Source: Candidatus Latescibacterota bacterium
GTDB taxonomy: Bacteria; Latescibacterota; UBA2968; GCA-2709665
Reading direction: 5' to 3'
Assembly: GCA_965226795.1 (NCBI GenBank)
Contig: CBDDDZ010000005.1
Location: 2,944,001-3,008,000 of the forward strand
DNA length: 64,000 nucleotides
In this document: one piece after another, positions 44,345 to 55,626 of the stretch
Position numbering within the stretch: position 1 is the first letter of the stretch
How the letters are laid out: the number at the start of each line of letters is the position of its first letter
Program-made: the position numbers and the translations under genes
Notes under the pieces: model-generated
Database searches by the model: none
Told to the model about the DNA's origin: nothing
The model's input: only the letters and a program-made list of their open reading frames with translations

Positions 44345-45292
44345 ATGACCATACCGTTCGCGCGGGCGCTCGAGGCGGTAGATCTGTCATCCATTCAGCG
44401 CGCGCCGAAGGCCGAATTCCACCGGCATCATTTCTTCGGAACACGGATCGAGAACGTGGAGCGATGGCTCGGGCGCCCGCTGGAGCGGCCGGTCTTCCCC
44501 ATGCGCGGCCTGCCGGGAATGGAGGACTACGCGCGCAGAGCCCTGGGACCCCATATCAGTTCGCGAGCGGGTATTGAATTCACGGCCTGCGCGGCGATCA
44601 ACGACGCGATAGAAGACGGCGTCCGGCAGCTGGAGATGAGCTTCGACGTGCGCTCGGCCGGTCACTTCGAGTCCGGCATCGGCGGTTTTTCATTGTTCAT
44701 CCGGGACCTGGTGGAGCGACATCGGGACCGGATTGATCTCAGGCCGGAACTGGGCATCCCGCGGGAGATCATCGGCGACAGGGAGATGGTGCAGCGCGTT
44801 CACGGCGGAATCGAATCGGGCGTCTTCCAGTCAATCGACCTCTACGGGGACGAACACGCATGCACTCTCGAAGCCGTGATCCCGCTCTACGGACACGTGC
44901 GGTCGGCCGGGATGAAATTGAAGGCGCACGCGGGTGAATTCGGCGGGGCTGAGCGGGTCCGGGAGACCGCGGAAGCCCTGGGGCTGGATGAAATCCAACA
45001 CGGTATCGCGGCCGCGGAGTCCGCCGACGTGATGCGATGGCTTTCGAACAACCGGATTCGCCTGCACGTCTGTCCTTCCAGTAACGTCATGCTGGGCGCC
45101 GTGGACTGGCTTTCAACGCATCCCATCCGTACGTTGTTCGACCACGGCCTGGAAGTTACCTTAAATACGGACGATCCGATGATCTTCGGGCAGAGCGTCT
45201 CCCAGGAATACCTGAACCTTTTTGAAGCCGGTGTCTTCAGCGCCGAAGAACTGGACGCAATTCGAGTCGCATCGATCGCGCAGCGGTCCTGA
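44345..45292 (+). CDS. Adenosine deaminase-family protein
   Basis: PKAEFHRH, AHAGE, IQHG, CPSSN, LNTDDP. Confidence 0.85.
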   Translation: MTIPFARALEAVDLSSIQRAPKAEFHRHHFFGTRIENVERWLGRPLERPVFPMRGLPGMEDYARRALGPHISSRAGIEFTACAAINDAIEDGVRQLEMSFDVRSAGHFESGIGGFSLFIRDLVERHRDRIDLRPELGIPREIIGDREMVQRVHGGIESGVFQSIDLYGDEHACTLEAVIPLYGHVRSAGMKLKAHAGEFGGAERVRETAEALGLDEIQHGIAAAESADVMRWLSNNRIRLHVCPSSNVMLGAVDWLSTHPIRTLFDHGLEVTLNTDDPMIFGQSVSQEYLNLFEAGVFSAEELDAIRVASIAQRS

Positions 45293-45396
45293 CGCCCCCC
45301 AATAAAAGAATCGGACGTTCGTTTACCCCGACACATTCACCCTCTCTCGAGAGAAAATCAGCAGCGGGCGCGAATCCCCAAAGCGGAGTGCAAACC

Positions 45397-46386
45397 ATGC
45401 GTGATATCGCGATGTTCGGCGGCACGGCGCACCCGGAGCTGACCGAGAACATCTGTATCAACCTGGGCGTCACACCCAGCAGAAGCACGGTGAACCAGTT
45501 CAGCAACGGCTGCATCCAGGTGCAACTGGAGGCCAACTGCCGGGAAGCCGATGTGTTTCTCATACAGCCACTTGTGATGCCCGTTCACGATAACCTGATG
45601 GAACTGCTGCAGATGCTGGACGCGGCCAGGGGCGCATCGGCCGCCCGCACGACCGCCGTGATTCCCTATTTCGGCTATGCGCGATCGGACAAGAAGGACG
45701 CACCACGGATTTCCATCGCTGCACGACTCGTCGCGGACCTGCTGGAGACGGCCGGCGCCAGCCGCGTGCTCACGATGACGCTGCACGCGCCGCAGGTGCA
45801 CGGATTCTTCAGTGTGCCCGTGGACCACCTCAACGCGTTGCACATTCTGGCAGGCCATTTTCAGGGCCGGGACCTCGAGAATACCGTGGTGTTATCGCCC
45901 GACCTCGGCAGGGCGAAAGAGGCGGCTCAGTTCGCCAGGATGCTGGGACTGCCGGTGGCCGCGGGAAGTAAACGCAGGATCAGCGACCGGAAGGTCGTCA
46001 TCGACGCGATCGTGGGCGACGTCAATGGTAAACGAGTTATTGTCCTGGACGACGAGATCGCCACGGGCGGGACGATTGTCGAATTGATCCATCGGCTCCG
46101 GGAACAGAAGGTGAACGACATCACCCTCACATGCACGCACGGCCTTTTTACAGGCGATGCCCTCGAGCGCTTCTGCCGATTCGACGAGGTGCGTGAAGTG
46201 ATTACAACGGATACGGTCCCCCGGCCCGCGGCGATCCAGTCGCACCCGAAACTGGCGACCTTGTCCGTGGCGCCCCTGCTCGCGGAAGCCATTCGCCGAA
46301 TTCACAATGGCGAGTCGGTCAGCAGCCTGTTCACGGCGCCGGAATGGATCACGGAAGACGATACTGAGAGTGGGCCATCCCCCTGA
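45397..46386 (+). CDS. prs: Ribose-phosphate pyrophosphokinase
   Basis: NLMELL, PYFGYARSDKK, LHAPQVHGFF, SPDLG, DDEIATGGT. Confidence 0.95.
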   Translation: MRDIAMFGGTAHPELTENICINLGVTPSRSTVNQFSNGCIQVQLEANCREADVFLIQPLVMPVHDNLMELLQMLDAARGASAARTTAVIPYFGYARSDKKDAPRISIAARLVADLLETAGASRVLTMTLHAPQVHGFFSVPVDHLNALHILAGHFQGRDLENTVVLSPDLGRAKEAAQFARMLGLPVAAGSKRRISDRKVVIDAIVGDVNGKRVIVLDDEIATGGTIVELIHRLREQKVNDITLTCTHGLFTGDALERFCRFDEVREVITTDTVPRPAAIQSHPKLATLSVAPLLAEAIRRIHNGESVSSLFTAPEWITEDDTESGPSP

Positions 46387-46594
46387 TGTGCGCACGCCGG
46401 TTCCGTTTCCGGTTTTCGCGATTCCTATCGTAATGCTTGTCGCCAAACACCAGGATTTATATATTGGATGCGCGTGAGACCCGTAGGGCGGTCCCGTGAT
46501 GCTTTTTCCGGTATTCCAGGCGCGTCGGTGCGGGGCAGCCTGCTCCGATGGTTTTCATAATTGGAAATCGATTTTCCCGTGCGAGGTAAGGACG

Positions 46595-48307
46595 ATGAAC
46601 GATGCAGGCGCCAACCGCGCTGAGGTTGAAGACGAAGGCACCTCCGATTTTATCCGCGACGCCATCCGGCAGGACCTGGCTTCAGGCCGGTACGAGGGCG
46701 TGATGACCCGCTTTCCCCCGGAGCCCAACGGTTATATGCATATCGGCAACGCCTTCGGGTTCTGCCTGAATTTCGGTGTGGCCGATGAGTTCGGCGGGGT
46801 GTGCAATCTTCGTTTCGACGATACGAATCCCGTCCGGGAAGAGACGGAATTCGTGGAATCCATCAAGGAAGACATTAAGTGGATGGGGTTCGACTGGGAC
46901 GACCGCCTGTATTTCGCGTCGGACTATTTCGACGATCTCTATGAACTTGCCGTCAGGTTGATCAAAAAGGGCAAGGCCTACGTGTGCGATCTGAGCGTTG
47001 AGAAAATCCGCGAATACCGGGGTACCCTGAACGCGCCGGGAGAGAACAGCCCCTATCGGGACCGGCCGCCCGAGGAGAACCTGGACCTGTTCGCCCGGAT
47101 GAAGGCCGGTGAATTCGCGGACGGTTCGCGAACGCTGCGCGCGAAGATCGACATGGCGTCTCCGAATCTGAATATGCGCGACCCGGTCATGTACCGGATC
47201 ATCCACGTGGAACATCACCGGACCGGCGGCGCATGGTGCATCTATCCCACGTACGATTGGGCGCACGGGCAGTCCGACGCCATTGAGGGAGTCACCCATT
47301 CGCTGTGCAGCATCGAGTTTGCCGACCATCAGCCTCTTTACAACTGGTACATCAGGGAACTTGGGATTTTTCCTTCGCGACAGATCGAGTTCTCCCGGTT
47401 GAATCTGACGTATACCGTGGTGAGCAAGCGACATCTGCGGCGCCTGGTGGCGGAAGGCCACGTCGGCGGATGGGACGATCCGCGCATGCCCACGCTGAGG
47501 GCCAAGCGCCGGGCAGGGGTTCCCCCCCAGGCGATCCGGGATTTCATCGGCCGTACCGGGCTGAACCGGCGGTCCACCGTGGCGGAGATGGAACTCTTCG
47601 AATCGTACGTGCGCGAACATCTGAACAAAACGTCGCCTCGCGTCATGGGCGTGATCGATCCGCTCAAGGTGGTAATCGAGAATTATCCTGAAGAACTGGA
47701 AGAGACGTTCGAGGCGCAGATCAATCCGGAGGATCCGTCGGCAGGGACGCGCGCGGTGCCCTTCTCGCGGGAGGTCTACATCGAGCGGGAGGATTTCATG
47801 GAAGACCCGCCTCGCAGATTCCACCGCCTCGCTCCGGGACGGGAGGTCCGACTGCGCGCGGCCTGCTACATCACGTGCAGGGAGGTCGTTAAGGACAACG
47901 ATGGAAACGTAGTAGAACTTCGGTGTACGTTCGACCCGGAAAGCCGGGGCGGATCTTCACCGGACGGCCGCAGGGTACGCGGCACCCTGCACTGGGTGTC
48001 CGTCAGACACGCCGTTGAGGCCGAGGTCCGGTTGTACGACCGTCTGTTCAGGGTCAAGAACCCGCAGGAGATCACGGATGACTTTGCCGGCGCGCTGAAC
48101 CCGGATTCGCTGGTGGTGCGTCCGACGTGCTTCGTGGAACCCGGGCTGGAAGGCGCCCAACCGGAGAGCCGGTACCAGTTCGAGCGGCTGGGATATTTCT
48201 GCGTGGATCCGGATTCCACGCCCGAAAAGCTCGTATTCAACCGGACGATTACGCTGCGGGATTCATGGGCACGGATGCAGAAAAAAGGGAAACCGGCGCG
48301 TCCCTGA
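46595..48307 (+). CDS. glnS: Glutamine--tRNA ligase
   Basis: [59 protein letters not shown]. Confidence 0.96.
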   Translation: MNDAGANRAEVEDEGTSDFIRDAIRQDLASGRYEGVMTRFPPEPNGYMHIGNAFGFCLNFGVADEFGGVCNLRFDDTNPVREETEFVESIKEDIKWMGFDWDDRLYFASDYFDDLYELAVRLIKKGKAYVCDLSVEKIREYRGTLNAPGENSPYRDRPPEENLDLFARMKAGEFADGSRTLRAKIDMASPNLNMRDPVMYRIIHVEHHRTGGAWCIYPTYDWAHGQSDAIEGVTHSLCSIEFADHQPLYNWYIRELGIFPSRQIEFSRLNLTYTVVSKRHLRRLVAEGHVGGWDDPRMPTLRAKRRAGVPPQAIRDFIGRTGLNRRSTVAEMELFESYVREHLNKTSPRVMGVIDPLKVVIENYPEELEETFEAQINPEDPSAGTRAVPFSREVYIEREDFMEDPPRRFHRLAPGREVRLRAACYITCREVVKDNDGNVVELRCTFDPESRGGSSPDGRRVRGTLHWVSVRHAVEAEVRLYDRLFRVKNPQEITDDFAGALNPDSLVVRPTCFVEPGLEGAQPESRYQFERLGYFCVDPDSTPEKLVFNRTITLRDSWARMQKKGKPARP

Positions 48308-48339
48308 GTGTGGGCCCTGAGCCGCTCCTTGAGCAATTG

Positions 48340-48760
48340 CACTAGACCTGTCGAAGGGTCGTCGAAGGCTATCGCAGAATGCCCGCGCGGGTGAATTAAC
48401 CGTCCGGGCATTCTCGTACAAGGTGTCGATTCAACGACCGGCGGCTTGTGTCCCGTCCCAGAAATATGTCACCATTCAACCGCCTGTCTGCGTGCGTGAG
48501 ACTACACGCACAGGCAGGCCGATTCATCCCATCTCGCTACGTTCCCTTCACTCGCCGACCTTGCGCAGGTCGCCTCGCTCAGGCGCTGGTTCCTGAACCT
48601 GTCGAAGCAAGTGGGTACCGCCACCGTGAGTTAGAATCTTCGCCACACCCAAATGTCCCCTATTCCCTTGCCCTTTTTCTTGCATCGCCCAAGAAAAAGG
48701 GCGAAAAAGAAGGGCGCCTGCCTGCCGAGCACGGCTCGGCGCAGGCAGGCCGCTCGGCGC
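48340..48760. repeat. Cluster of REP-like palindromes
   Basis: Hairpins gcctgtctg...caggcaggc (48482-48519), gcctgcctg...caggcaggc (48716-48750), ccctttttcttg...caagaaaaaggg (48671-48701) and agaatgccc...gggcattct; two acctgtcgaag motifs; contains copy 2 of the 43-bp repeat. Confidence 0.65.
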
Positions 48761-48914
48761 GGGGCCGGTTTTTCCGCGATGGATCACCTCGAGGAATCTG
48801 TGAGACGCCTGCAGCCTGCTACCGGAGGGAGCGAACCAAAACCACATTGCCAGATGGATTAACGCGGAAAAATGGTTTTTAGGGCCCCATCGCCGCCACC
48901 GGACGGCGAGTAGT

Positions 48915-50284
48915 TAGATCCTGTACGTTCAAGGACAGATTGAGGGTGGGTTGATGCCGATGCGCAATCGCGGTGGTCTGCCGCGCAATCGCTGTCGTGG
49001 CTGCGAATCAAGATAATGCTGCGAGATGCATAGCGCCGGAATTCGCATGCGCCCGTTCTGCTGTCCCGCCTCTTCACGTGTCGATGAAGTCAACATGGCA
49101 ATTGAGTTTTTGAGGTTCCAGGCCAGCTGACGGCTGATGAGCATGTAGGCCCTGTTGCTGACCTGCTTCATGTCAGGCGGGATTTCGCGCAAGGCGTTGA
49201 CGCCGTTTCCGAGTTGCTCGAACACGTTCTCCTGATCGCAGCGTTGGTTGGCACAGGCGACGATCTCGGCGGGGCTTACGTCCGTGCGTGTCGTGATATA
49301 GAAGAAATAACGGCATTCGTCGAACAGGACAAGGTCGCCCTTCATTTTACTGATGTTCTTGCGCAGGACCACGACGCGATACACACGTTTACAGCGCGTG
49401 GGGTTGGTAGTTGAACTCGGCCACGTGTTCGTGGTTGAGGACCAGGTTGGCGTAGGCCCGTTTGCGGACGATGGGGCGCGCTTCCGCTTCTGGTCGGTCA
49501 CCGCGTTGCAGGGGCTGCCATCGCTCAGCACGGGAACGCATCGTCGCTGCGAAGATGAATCGACGCTGGCCCATCGATCAAAATGTCGTCGAGTCGGTGT
49601 CGCCACGTACACAGATGCACCAGCGCCAAGGCCGCTCGCAGGGTGCGCCCTGGGCACATTCGGTCGGTTGACCAGGAAGAGCCTTCTTCACCAGCGGATG
49701 GTAGCCCCAGATGCCCGATGTCCATAGCTTTCCAACGTCGGACGTTTGTGCCGACGTCGATTAGGTTGTCACAAAGATTTGCGGCCACGCGATGCAAGGA
49801 GGATGACCGCGTTGATGCACGCTGACGATGTCCCGTTGAGAAGCAAAAGTCACCCGCCGTGGTCGGATCGGGAATTGAGCACCCAGGGCATTCATGTGTC
49901 ATGTCGCAAACGCTCGATATCCTGTGCCGCCGCACAACACGTTGTAAGCGATGTTGGACGTGGTCCGACTCATGATAGGGCAGATGCACCTTCAACAGGG
50001 ACAGCGACGCGTCGATGCGCTTGGGCAGTCCCAGCTTGGTGACCAGGCGATGCACGGCGCCGATGCCTCCACTCATCGCGTCGGTGTAGGCCCACCTCGT
50101 AGTGCACTTTGCCAGGACTCATGGGCCGGGGCTGCGCCTGCCAATGCCCCGCTCGACCGTGGCGGGCGGCCACTTTGGTCGAGCACGGTTCCTGCGGCGT
50201 CATCAACCGCGGAAAGGTCTCTGCGTTGGAGTGATGTCGCAACCGGTAGGCCTTTTCCTTGGACCAGATCACGCTTGTTTCTAG
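48915..50284 (-). mobile_element. Degenerate IS1380-family element
   Basis: Fragments GGIGAVHRLVTKLGL, LLKVHLPYHESDHV, IPDPTTAGDFC, YRVVVLRKNI and YFFYIT...ANQRCDQEN spread over several frames with many small deletions. The 5' end is near CTAG-AAACAAGCG at ~50272-50284; the 3' end is approximate. Confidence 0.85.
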
Positions 50285-50899
50285 TAGGCGAACCTCAGGC
50301 CGATGGCGAAACGTTCCACGTTCCGGATCGTTCCGGCGAAATTTACGCGGATTTCCGCGAATGCTCTGGAAAAGCCCTCGTTTATCTGGGCTTCGCTGCC
50401 CACCGACACCTGAAGAAACCCACCTTTTTCCCAATTGGAATACTCCCTGGGTTCACTTTCCCGTAGCCCGTATATCCCAACGCCAGCCCCAAGATAGGGC
50501 ACTAACGAGGATTCCGTTATCGCACGCCACCTGAAAAACACAAATGCCGCCCTGAAAGACCTCTTGAAATCTCTCGCATTGACTTCCTCCCTGCGCGCCT
50601 TCGTAAGAGAGTAACGAGCCGGAGATCCCGCCACGGGAAAACATGACGGTTCCGATTCCCATGTCGGCCGGCTCGATGCGAAAGAACAGGTCCCCGGCAA
50701 TAACGAGCCCTGCCTGCATCCGATGGAAGTTTATTTGAGCGGACGGCCGAACCCCTTCATAGACGCTACCGCTGCTGCATAAAAAACGGCTGTCGCCAGG
50801 AATGGAATAACCGCCAGAGACACTCACACCCAACTCCTGCGCATTTGACGTACCAGTCGCCAGGAGGAAAACGATCACGAAACCGATTGCGCGATACAT
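50281..50899 (-). pseudogene. Small outer-membrane beta-barrel protein, frameshifted as assembled
   Basis: Signal peptide MYRAIGFVIVFLLATGTSNAQ in one frame; LVPYLGAGVGIY...FAIGLRFAY in another; shift at ~50590-50700. Confidence 0.65.
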
Positions 50900-50942
50900 C
50901 TGACCCCTCCGCTTAATGGATTTCAGGCAGAAGAGACATTCA

Positions 50943-50957
50943 TCAAGATCCGTGCCA
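50943..50957 (-). promoter_or_regulatory. Putative sigma54 (-24/-12) promoter
   Basis: TGGCACG-GATC-TTGA about 45 bp upstream of ATG 50899, with an AT-rich tract upstream; the -12 element is GA rather than GC. Confidence 0.45.
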
Positions 50958-51262
50958 ATGAGGATTGCGTTCGCTTGATTTTTAATTTGTTACGAACGCA
51001 ATATCGAAATCATGCAACTTTTTTTTAAATATTAACTATTTATATCTATTTTCAATTTTCACCTCGCCCTTCGACCATGCCCTTCATGACCCGGGAGTTA
51101 ATGTATCCAGTAGCCGACATGTGAATCCGATGCACGCGTGTGGTGATCCGTCGACAGTCGTCACGCGGTTGTATTACGGGTTGGAATTCCCGTGTGCGTC
51201 GCTTATTGTAACACGTCAAACCATGCTGCCCGGCAAGGCGACATTGGGTTGAAGGGAGAACG

Positions 51263-51727
51263 ATGTCCGATAGACAATTGAAGTTGAAAGTCATGTGTTC
51301 GCAATTGCCCGGACTTCGTTTTGAACACCCTCACAAACATGAACCCAGGGTCAAGGAGCCCGTCTATCTGGGCATCCAGCGCGGGACCGAAGTTATCGAC
51401 CAGGTTCCCGCCGATCGTCATCGGGTTGTGTTCCATCCCGAGTTCAAGATTGGAAAGAAACCGGACGGTTCGCCGAACTTCCTGGGGCCGTTCGCCCAGG
51501 GCAGGCCCATGGACCGGTTTTTCTATCTTTCCTGGGGTGTGAGGCGTTCCGATCGTTTCGAGATGTTCCGGCGGCTCAAGATTCGCTTGACCAACCTGGA
51601 ATGGCCGGAGATCGATCGTGCTCTTGAGTCGGATGACCCAATCGTCGTGAAGTTGAAGCTGACGGACGGCGGCGGCGGCCCCCTCTGCGGCACGCCGGAC
51701 AGTTCCCGGATTGCGTGGGAACGATAG
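51263..51727 (+). CDS. DUF5990-like protein
   Basis: LGIQRG, GPFAQG...RFFYLSWG, MFRRLKIRL, LTDGGGGPLCG. Confidence 0.75.
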   Translation: MSDRQLKLKVMCSQLPGLRFEHPHKHEPRVKEPVYLGIQRGTEVIDQVPADRHRVVFHPEFKIGKKPDGSPNFLGPFAQGRPMDRFFYLSWGVRRSDRFEMFRRLKIRLTNLEWPEIDRALESDDPIVVKLKLTDGGGGPLCGTPDSSRIAWER

Positions 51728-51995
51728 GCTTCCGACCTGAAAAATTCATAACCATGATAGTTTCGATTCTTACAGTGCGACTTCTACGCAAAATGGATAC
51801 ATGTCTGTTTCATGCTGCTTGTTCAGGGATTCGTGTTAATGATAAAGGGTCAAGGGTAGGACGTGGCGTTTACGGCCAGCCTGACGGCTTCCTCAGCATG
51901 ACAGCGTGGGCGCACGTGTGACGGACGCATTTCGCGGATGAATCGGCGGTGCAAGCCTTTCTTCTGTCTGCATTCCGGCAGAAGGACAATGACAA

Positions 51996-52020
51996 GGGCA
52001 GACAGGAATGTCTGCCCCAC
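51996..52020 (-). repeat. REP-like palindrome GTGGGGCAGACATTCCTGTCTGCCC
   Basis: Intergenic GGGCAGACA-TTCC-TGTCTGCCC hairpin preceded by GTG. Confidence 0.55.
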
Positions 52021-52191
52021 CTTCGCACCCGCACAACGGCTCGACAAGCCATTGTACGGGTGTGGAGATGATTGATTCGCCAATTAAGCAGCGTAGGAAC
52101 CAGGTCAGGATATTTATCGTAAGCCCACAAACTAACCGTTTGGGATACAAATCCAGGACCGGCAATTCTGGCCTGTCAGGAAAGAAAATAT

Positions 52192-52857
52192 ATGCCCGTT
52201 GAGCCCGTAGCGTTAAAGTTTCTGGCGACAGAGGAAAAGGGCGAGGTGTCGGCGCTTTACGCGAGACCGAGCGGGGCGGAGGCGTTGCTGGTGTTGGGCC
52301 ACGGAGCGGGCACCAATATGCGTCACCCGTTCATCCAGGATCTGAGCGATGCGTTGAACGACGCGGGCGTTGCCACGTTTCGTTTCAATTATCCCTATTC
52401 CGAAAAGGGCGGGGGCATGGATGGCGAGAAGGTGCGCCTGGCAACCGTGCGCGCCGCAATTGCAGCGGCGATGAACGAGGCGAAGGGTCTGCCGGTGTTC
52501 GCGGGCGGGCACTCCATGAGCGGGCGCATGTTCTCCATGGCCTGTGCCCAGGAACCGATAGAGGAATTGAAGGGCATCGTGTTTTTTGCATTTCCCCTGC
52601 ACGCGGGCAGGCCGAATACGGAGCGCGCCGCGCATCTGCAGGATGTGACGGTACCCATGCTGTTTCTGTCGGGCCAACGGGACAAGATGGCGGATATGAC
52701 ACTGCTGGAGCCGGTTGTCCGGAGGCTGGACCGCGCCACGCTGCACGTGGTGGATACGGCGAATCACGGATTCAAGGTGCTGAAACGAAGGAATACCGAC
52801 GAACCCGTACTCGTGGAGTTGGCACGGGTGGCGGGCGCGTGGATGAAACAAAGCTGA
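52192..52857 (+). CDS. Alpha/beta-hydrolase fold protein
   Basis: GHGAG, RFNYPY, GGHSMSGR nucleophile elbow, FPLH, G.RD, NHGF. Confidence 0.85.
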   Translation: MPVEPVALKFLATEEKGEVSALYARPSGAEALLVLGHGAGTNMRHPFIQDLSDALNDAGVATFRFNYPYSEKGGGMDGEKVRLATVRAAIAAAMNEAKGLPVFAGGHSMSGRMFSMACAQEPIEELKGIVFFAFPLHAGRPNTERAAHLQDVTVPMLFLSGQRDKMADMTLLEPVVRRLDRATLHVVDTANHGFKVLKRRNTDEPVLVELARVAGAWMKQS

Positions 52858-53036
52858 AGGAATCGCATCCGCTCCTGTCAGGTGCCAAGAAGGACGATGC
52901 CCGGCGGGTAAGGCCGTCCGTGAACGTCGCGTTATTGAATGCCCACGGGACTCGGCCACGCCAACGGCATGATGACCATCGAACGCGCTTTGGTGCGCGC
53001 CGGAAGCAGCACACGTTTCGGAGGGACCCAATCGTG

Positions 53037-53492
53037 ATGGAAAAAATCAACCTATCGGACATCGAAGAGATATCGCGCCAATCGCCCAAACAGAAATTCC
53101 AGGTTTCGCGCAAGGATGTCTCCGGCGCGTTGGGAACCGAAGGGCAGCCGTTCGAGATCGACTGGGTGCGATTGAAACCGGGTATGACCAACTTTCCCTA
53201 CCACGCGCACCAGGTCCAGTGGGAGTACTACATCGTGGTCAGCGGCCGGGGCATCGTGCGGCGGAACGACCGCACGTTCGAGGTGGACGCAGGCGACGTG
53301 TTCGTTCAACCGCCCGGCACGGCGCATCACATCCGGAATCCGAGTGAGGATGAAGACCTCATCTACTACGTGATTGCCGACAATCCCGTGTGCGATCCGT
53401 GCTACTATCCCGATTCGGACAAGTGGGCGATCCGTCCGCCGGGGAAATTGGGGCGCATGACCGACGCGGATTATTACGATGGAGAAGAGTAG
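53037..53492 (+). CDS. Cupin-domain protein
   Basis: PYHAH...WEYYIVVSG.G, PPGTAHHIRN, YYPDSDK. Confidence 0.85.
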   Translation: MEKINLSDIEEISRQSPKQKFQVSRKDVSGALGTEGQPFEIDWVRLKPGMTNFPYHAHQVQWEYYIVVSGRGIVRRNDRTFEVDAGDVFVQPPGTAHHIRNPSEDEDLIYYVIADNPVCDPCYYPDSDKWAIRPPGKLGRMTDADYYDGEE

Positions 53493-53530
53493 AAAAGGTA
53501 GACGTGACCTGCGACAAAGCGCGCCTTAGA

Positions 53531-53560
53531 TAGCCCCGGAGAACCGTTTCTCCGGGGCTT
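53531..53560. terminator. Hairpin between convergent genes (probable terminator)
   Basis: agccccggagaa-ccgt-ttctccggggct. Confidence 0.6.
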
Positions 53561-53584
53561 CGTATTGTGATGTCCATCGATGTT

Positions 53585-54571
53585 TCAAGGTACCGAGGAG
53601 ACGAGGTATTCGGGCGGGGATTCACCCTGGCGGATAACGGCAAAGTCACGGCCCGCGGGGATTAGAAAGGTGTCTCCCTTCCCGGCACGATAGACGTCAT
53701 CGCCGCCGCTAATTTCGCCGCCGCCCGCGAGAACGGTGAGCGCCGCCAGCGAGGCGCAGCGTGGATGATCTGTCCTGCTTTCCGAAAGTTTGAACCGTTC
53801 CAGGCGGAAGTGTTCGGATTCAACGAGCAGGGCCTGTTGACGGCTTACCCCGGACAGCGTGGACGAGGGCAAGGGCTCCCTGCGCGGTCCGTCGAAGGCA
53901 ATGACGTCCACCGCGCTTTCGATATGCAGTTCCCTGGGTTTCCCGTCGACGCCGGGGCGTTTGTAGTCGTAAATGCGAAAGGTGATATCGCTGGATTGCT
54001 GGACCTCGTACACGATGACGCCGGCGCAGAGGGCGTGGACCGTCCCGGGAGGGATGAAGACGACGTCGCCCGGTCGGGCGTCGAAAAACTCGACGGCATC
54101 CGAGACGCGGTCGTCGTTGATGGCGTCCACGAACGCGGATTTGTCAACGCCGGGTTTCAGACCGCAGGCGATGCGCCCGCTATCGGATTGGAGCACGTAC
54201 CAGGCCTCCATTTTTCCGAATTTTCCAAGATGCTTCATCCGGGCATATGCATCGTCGGGGTGAACCTGAATGGAAAGATCCTGGTGCGCGTCGAGCAGCT
54301 TGACAAGCAGCGGGAATTCACCGCCGTAACGATCGAATGCCGACGCGCCAAGCAACTCGCGGCCGTGCGTTTCCACAAGAACGCGAAGCGACCGGCCGGT
54401 GAACGGACCGGCCGAAACGACGCTTTCCATGCCCGGATAGGCGGAAACCTCCCAGGATTCGCCGAAATTCCGGCCAGGCGGCAGGGCTTTCCCATACTGC
54501 TCCCGCAGCCTGCGGCCGCCCCAGATCATTTCTCTGAAATAGGGTTTGAGAGGAAGTACACTCGGGAGCAT
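53585..54571 (-). CDS. manA: Mannose-6-phosphate isomerase, class I
   Basis: IWGG, GESWEVS, FPLLVKLLDA..DLSIQVHPDD, GKMEAWY, GTVHAL, EVQQSSD.TFRIYDY.R, RELH. Confidence 0.9.
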   Translation of the reverse strand: MLPSVLPLKPYFREMIWGGRRLREQYGKALPPGRNFGESWEVSAYPGMESVVSAGPFTGRSLRVLVETHGRELLGASAFDRYGGEFPLLVKLLDAHQDLSIQVHPDDAYARMKHLGKFGKMEAWYVLQSDSGRIACGLKPGVDKSAFVDAINDDRVSDAVEFFDARPGDVVFIPPGTVHALCAGVIVYEVQQSSDITFRIYDYKRPGVDGKPRELHIESAVDVIAFDGPRREPLPSSTLSGVSRQQALLVESEHFRLERFKLSESRTDHPRCASLAALTVLAGGGEISGGDDVYRAGKGDTFLIPAGRDFAVIRQGESPPEYLVSSVP

Positions 54572-54938
54572 GGCGGATCCCGTTTCGGATGGTTCGGAAA
54601 ACCCGGAAATGGACGCTTCGTTCAAGATATCGGGTACGAATCGCGTTGTCAATGACGTACCGACTGCCGAGTAGGTCTCAGTATCGTCCTCCGCCTTCCC
54701 GGCGCCTGGATCCCGCGGACGAACGGCATTTTCGACAGCGCCTCGTCAACGTCGGCCGCGTCCACTTCCAGCCAGGGGATGTTTTCCCGGCGGATATTCA
54801 TTCCACTTGCGGCGCTTCGGCTCAGGCATTAGGTTATGGGCCCCGTTGATGGATTTTCCAGGCGCGGGAAGTTGCGGCCATTCAAGACGATGACATGTAT
54901 GCCGGGATCGGACATCAGATAAGTGTGAAAGGGTCGAC

Positions 54939-55541
54939 ATGTCGAACGATAGAATCGCGGAACTCGAACGGCGCATCGGCGAATTGATGGCGGAACTCCA
55001 CGCGCTGCAAAAGGCCAGCCCGGGAACGCCCGTGTGTAATTACACCTTCGACGCACTGTCGGGAACGACGACGTTGCGCGACCTGTTCGGCGACCGGGAC
55101 AGGCTGCTGGCCATACACAATATGGGGCAGGGCTGCCGCTATTGCACGCTCTGGGCGGACGGCTTCAACGGCCTGGTCCCTCATCTGGAGTCCGTCCTCT
55201 CCGTGGTACTGCTTTCGAAAGACTCCCCGGAAACCCAGCGCCGCTTCGCGAACGCCCGTGGGTGGCGGTTTCAACTGGCCTCCCACGGCGGCGGAGACTA
55301 CATCCGCGAGCAGTCCGTCGTGGAAGGAGACGGCAACTACCCCGGCGCCGTGGTTTACCAGCGCGACGGCGACACGGTTCTCCGCAAAAACGCGTGCGTA
55401 TTCGGTCCCGGGGACATCTACTGCGCGATGTGGACGCTGCTGGGCCTGGCGGGCCTCGGGGAAGAGGATTGGACGCCCCAGTTCACGTACTGGCAGCGCC
55501 CGGCCAGCCTGGACGACGGCGGTCAGAACGTACTCGACTGA
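54939..55541 (+). CDS. DUF899 family (thioredoxin-like) protein
   Basis: TLRDLFG, HNMGQGCRYCTLWADGFNG, FGPGD.YC. Confidence 0.8.
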   Translation: MSNDRIAELERRIGELMAELHALQKASPGTPVCNYTFDALSGTTTLRDLFGDRDRLLAIHNMGQGCRYCTLWADGFNGLVPHLESVLSVVLLSKDSPETQRRFANARGWRFQLASHGGGDYIREQSVVEGDGNYPGAVVYQRDGDTVLRKNACVFGPGDIYCAMWTLLGLAGLGEEDWTPQFTYWQRPASLDDGGQNVLD

Positions 55542-55626
55542 ACGTTGAAGAAAGCACGAGGTGCGCCGGGAGTCATCTGCCAGGCGGCTTGTCTCTTCTC
55601 ACCTCGCGAGTCTTAGTGAGGTATGG

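Noticed and set aside
54649..54801. 50-codon minus-strand ORF MNIRRENIPWLEVDAADVDEALSK upstream of manA
   Set aside because: Protein-like start but too short and unrecognised to call.
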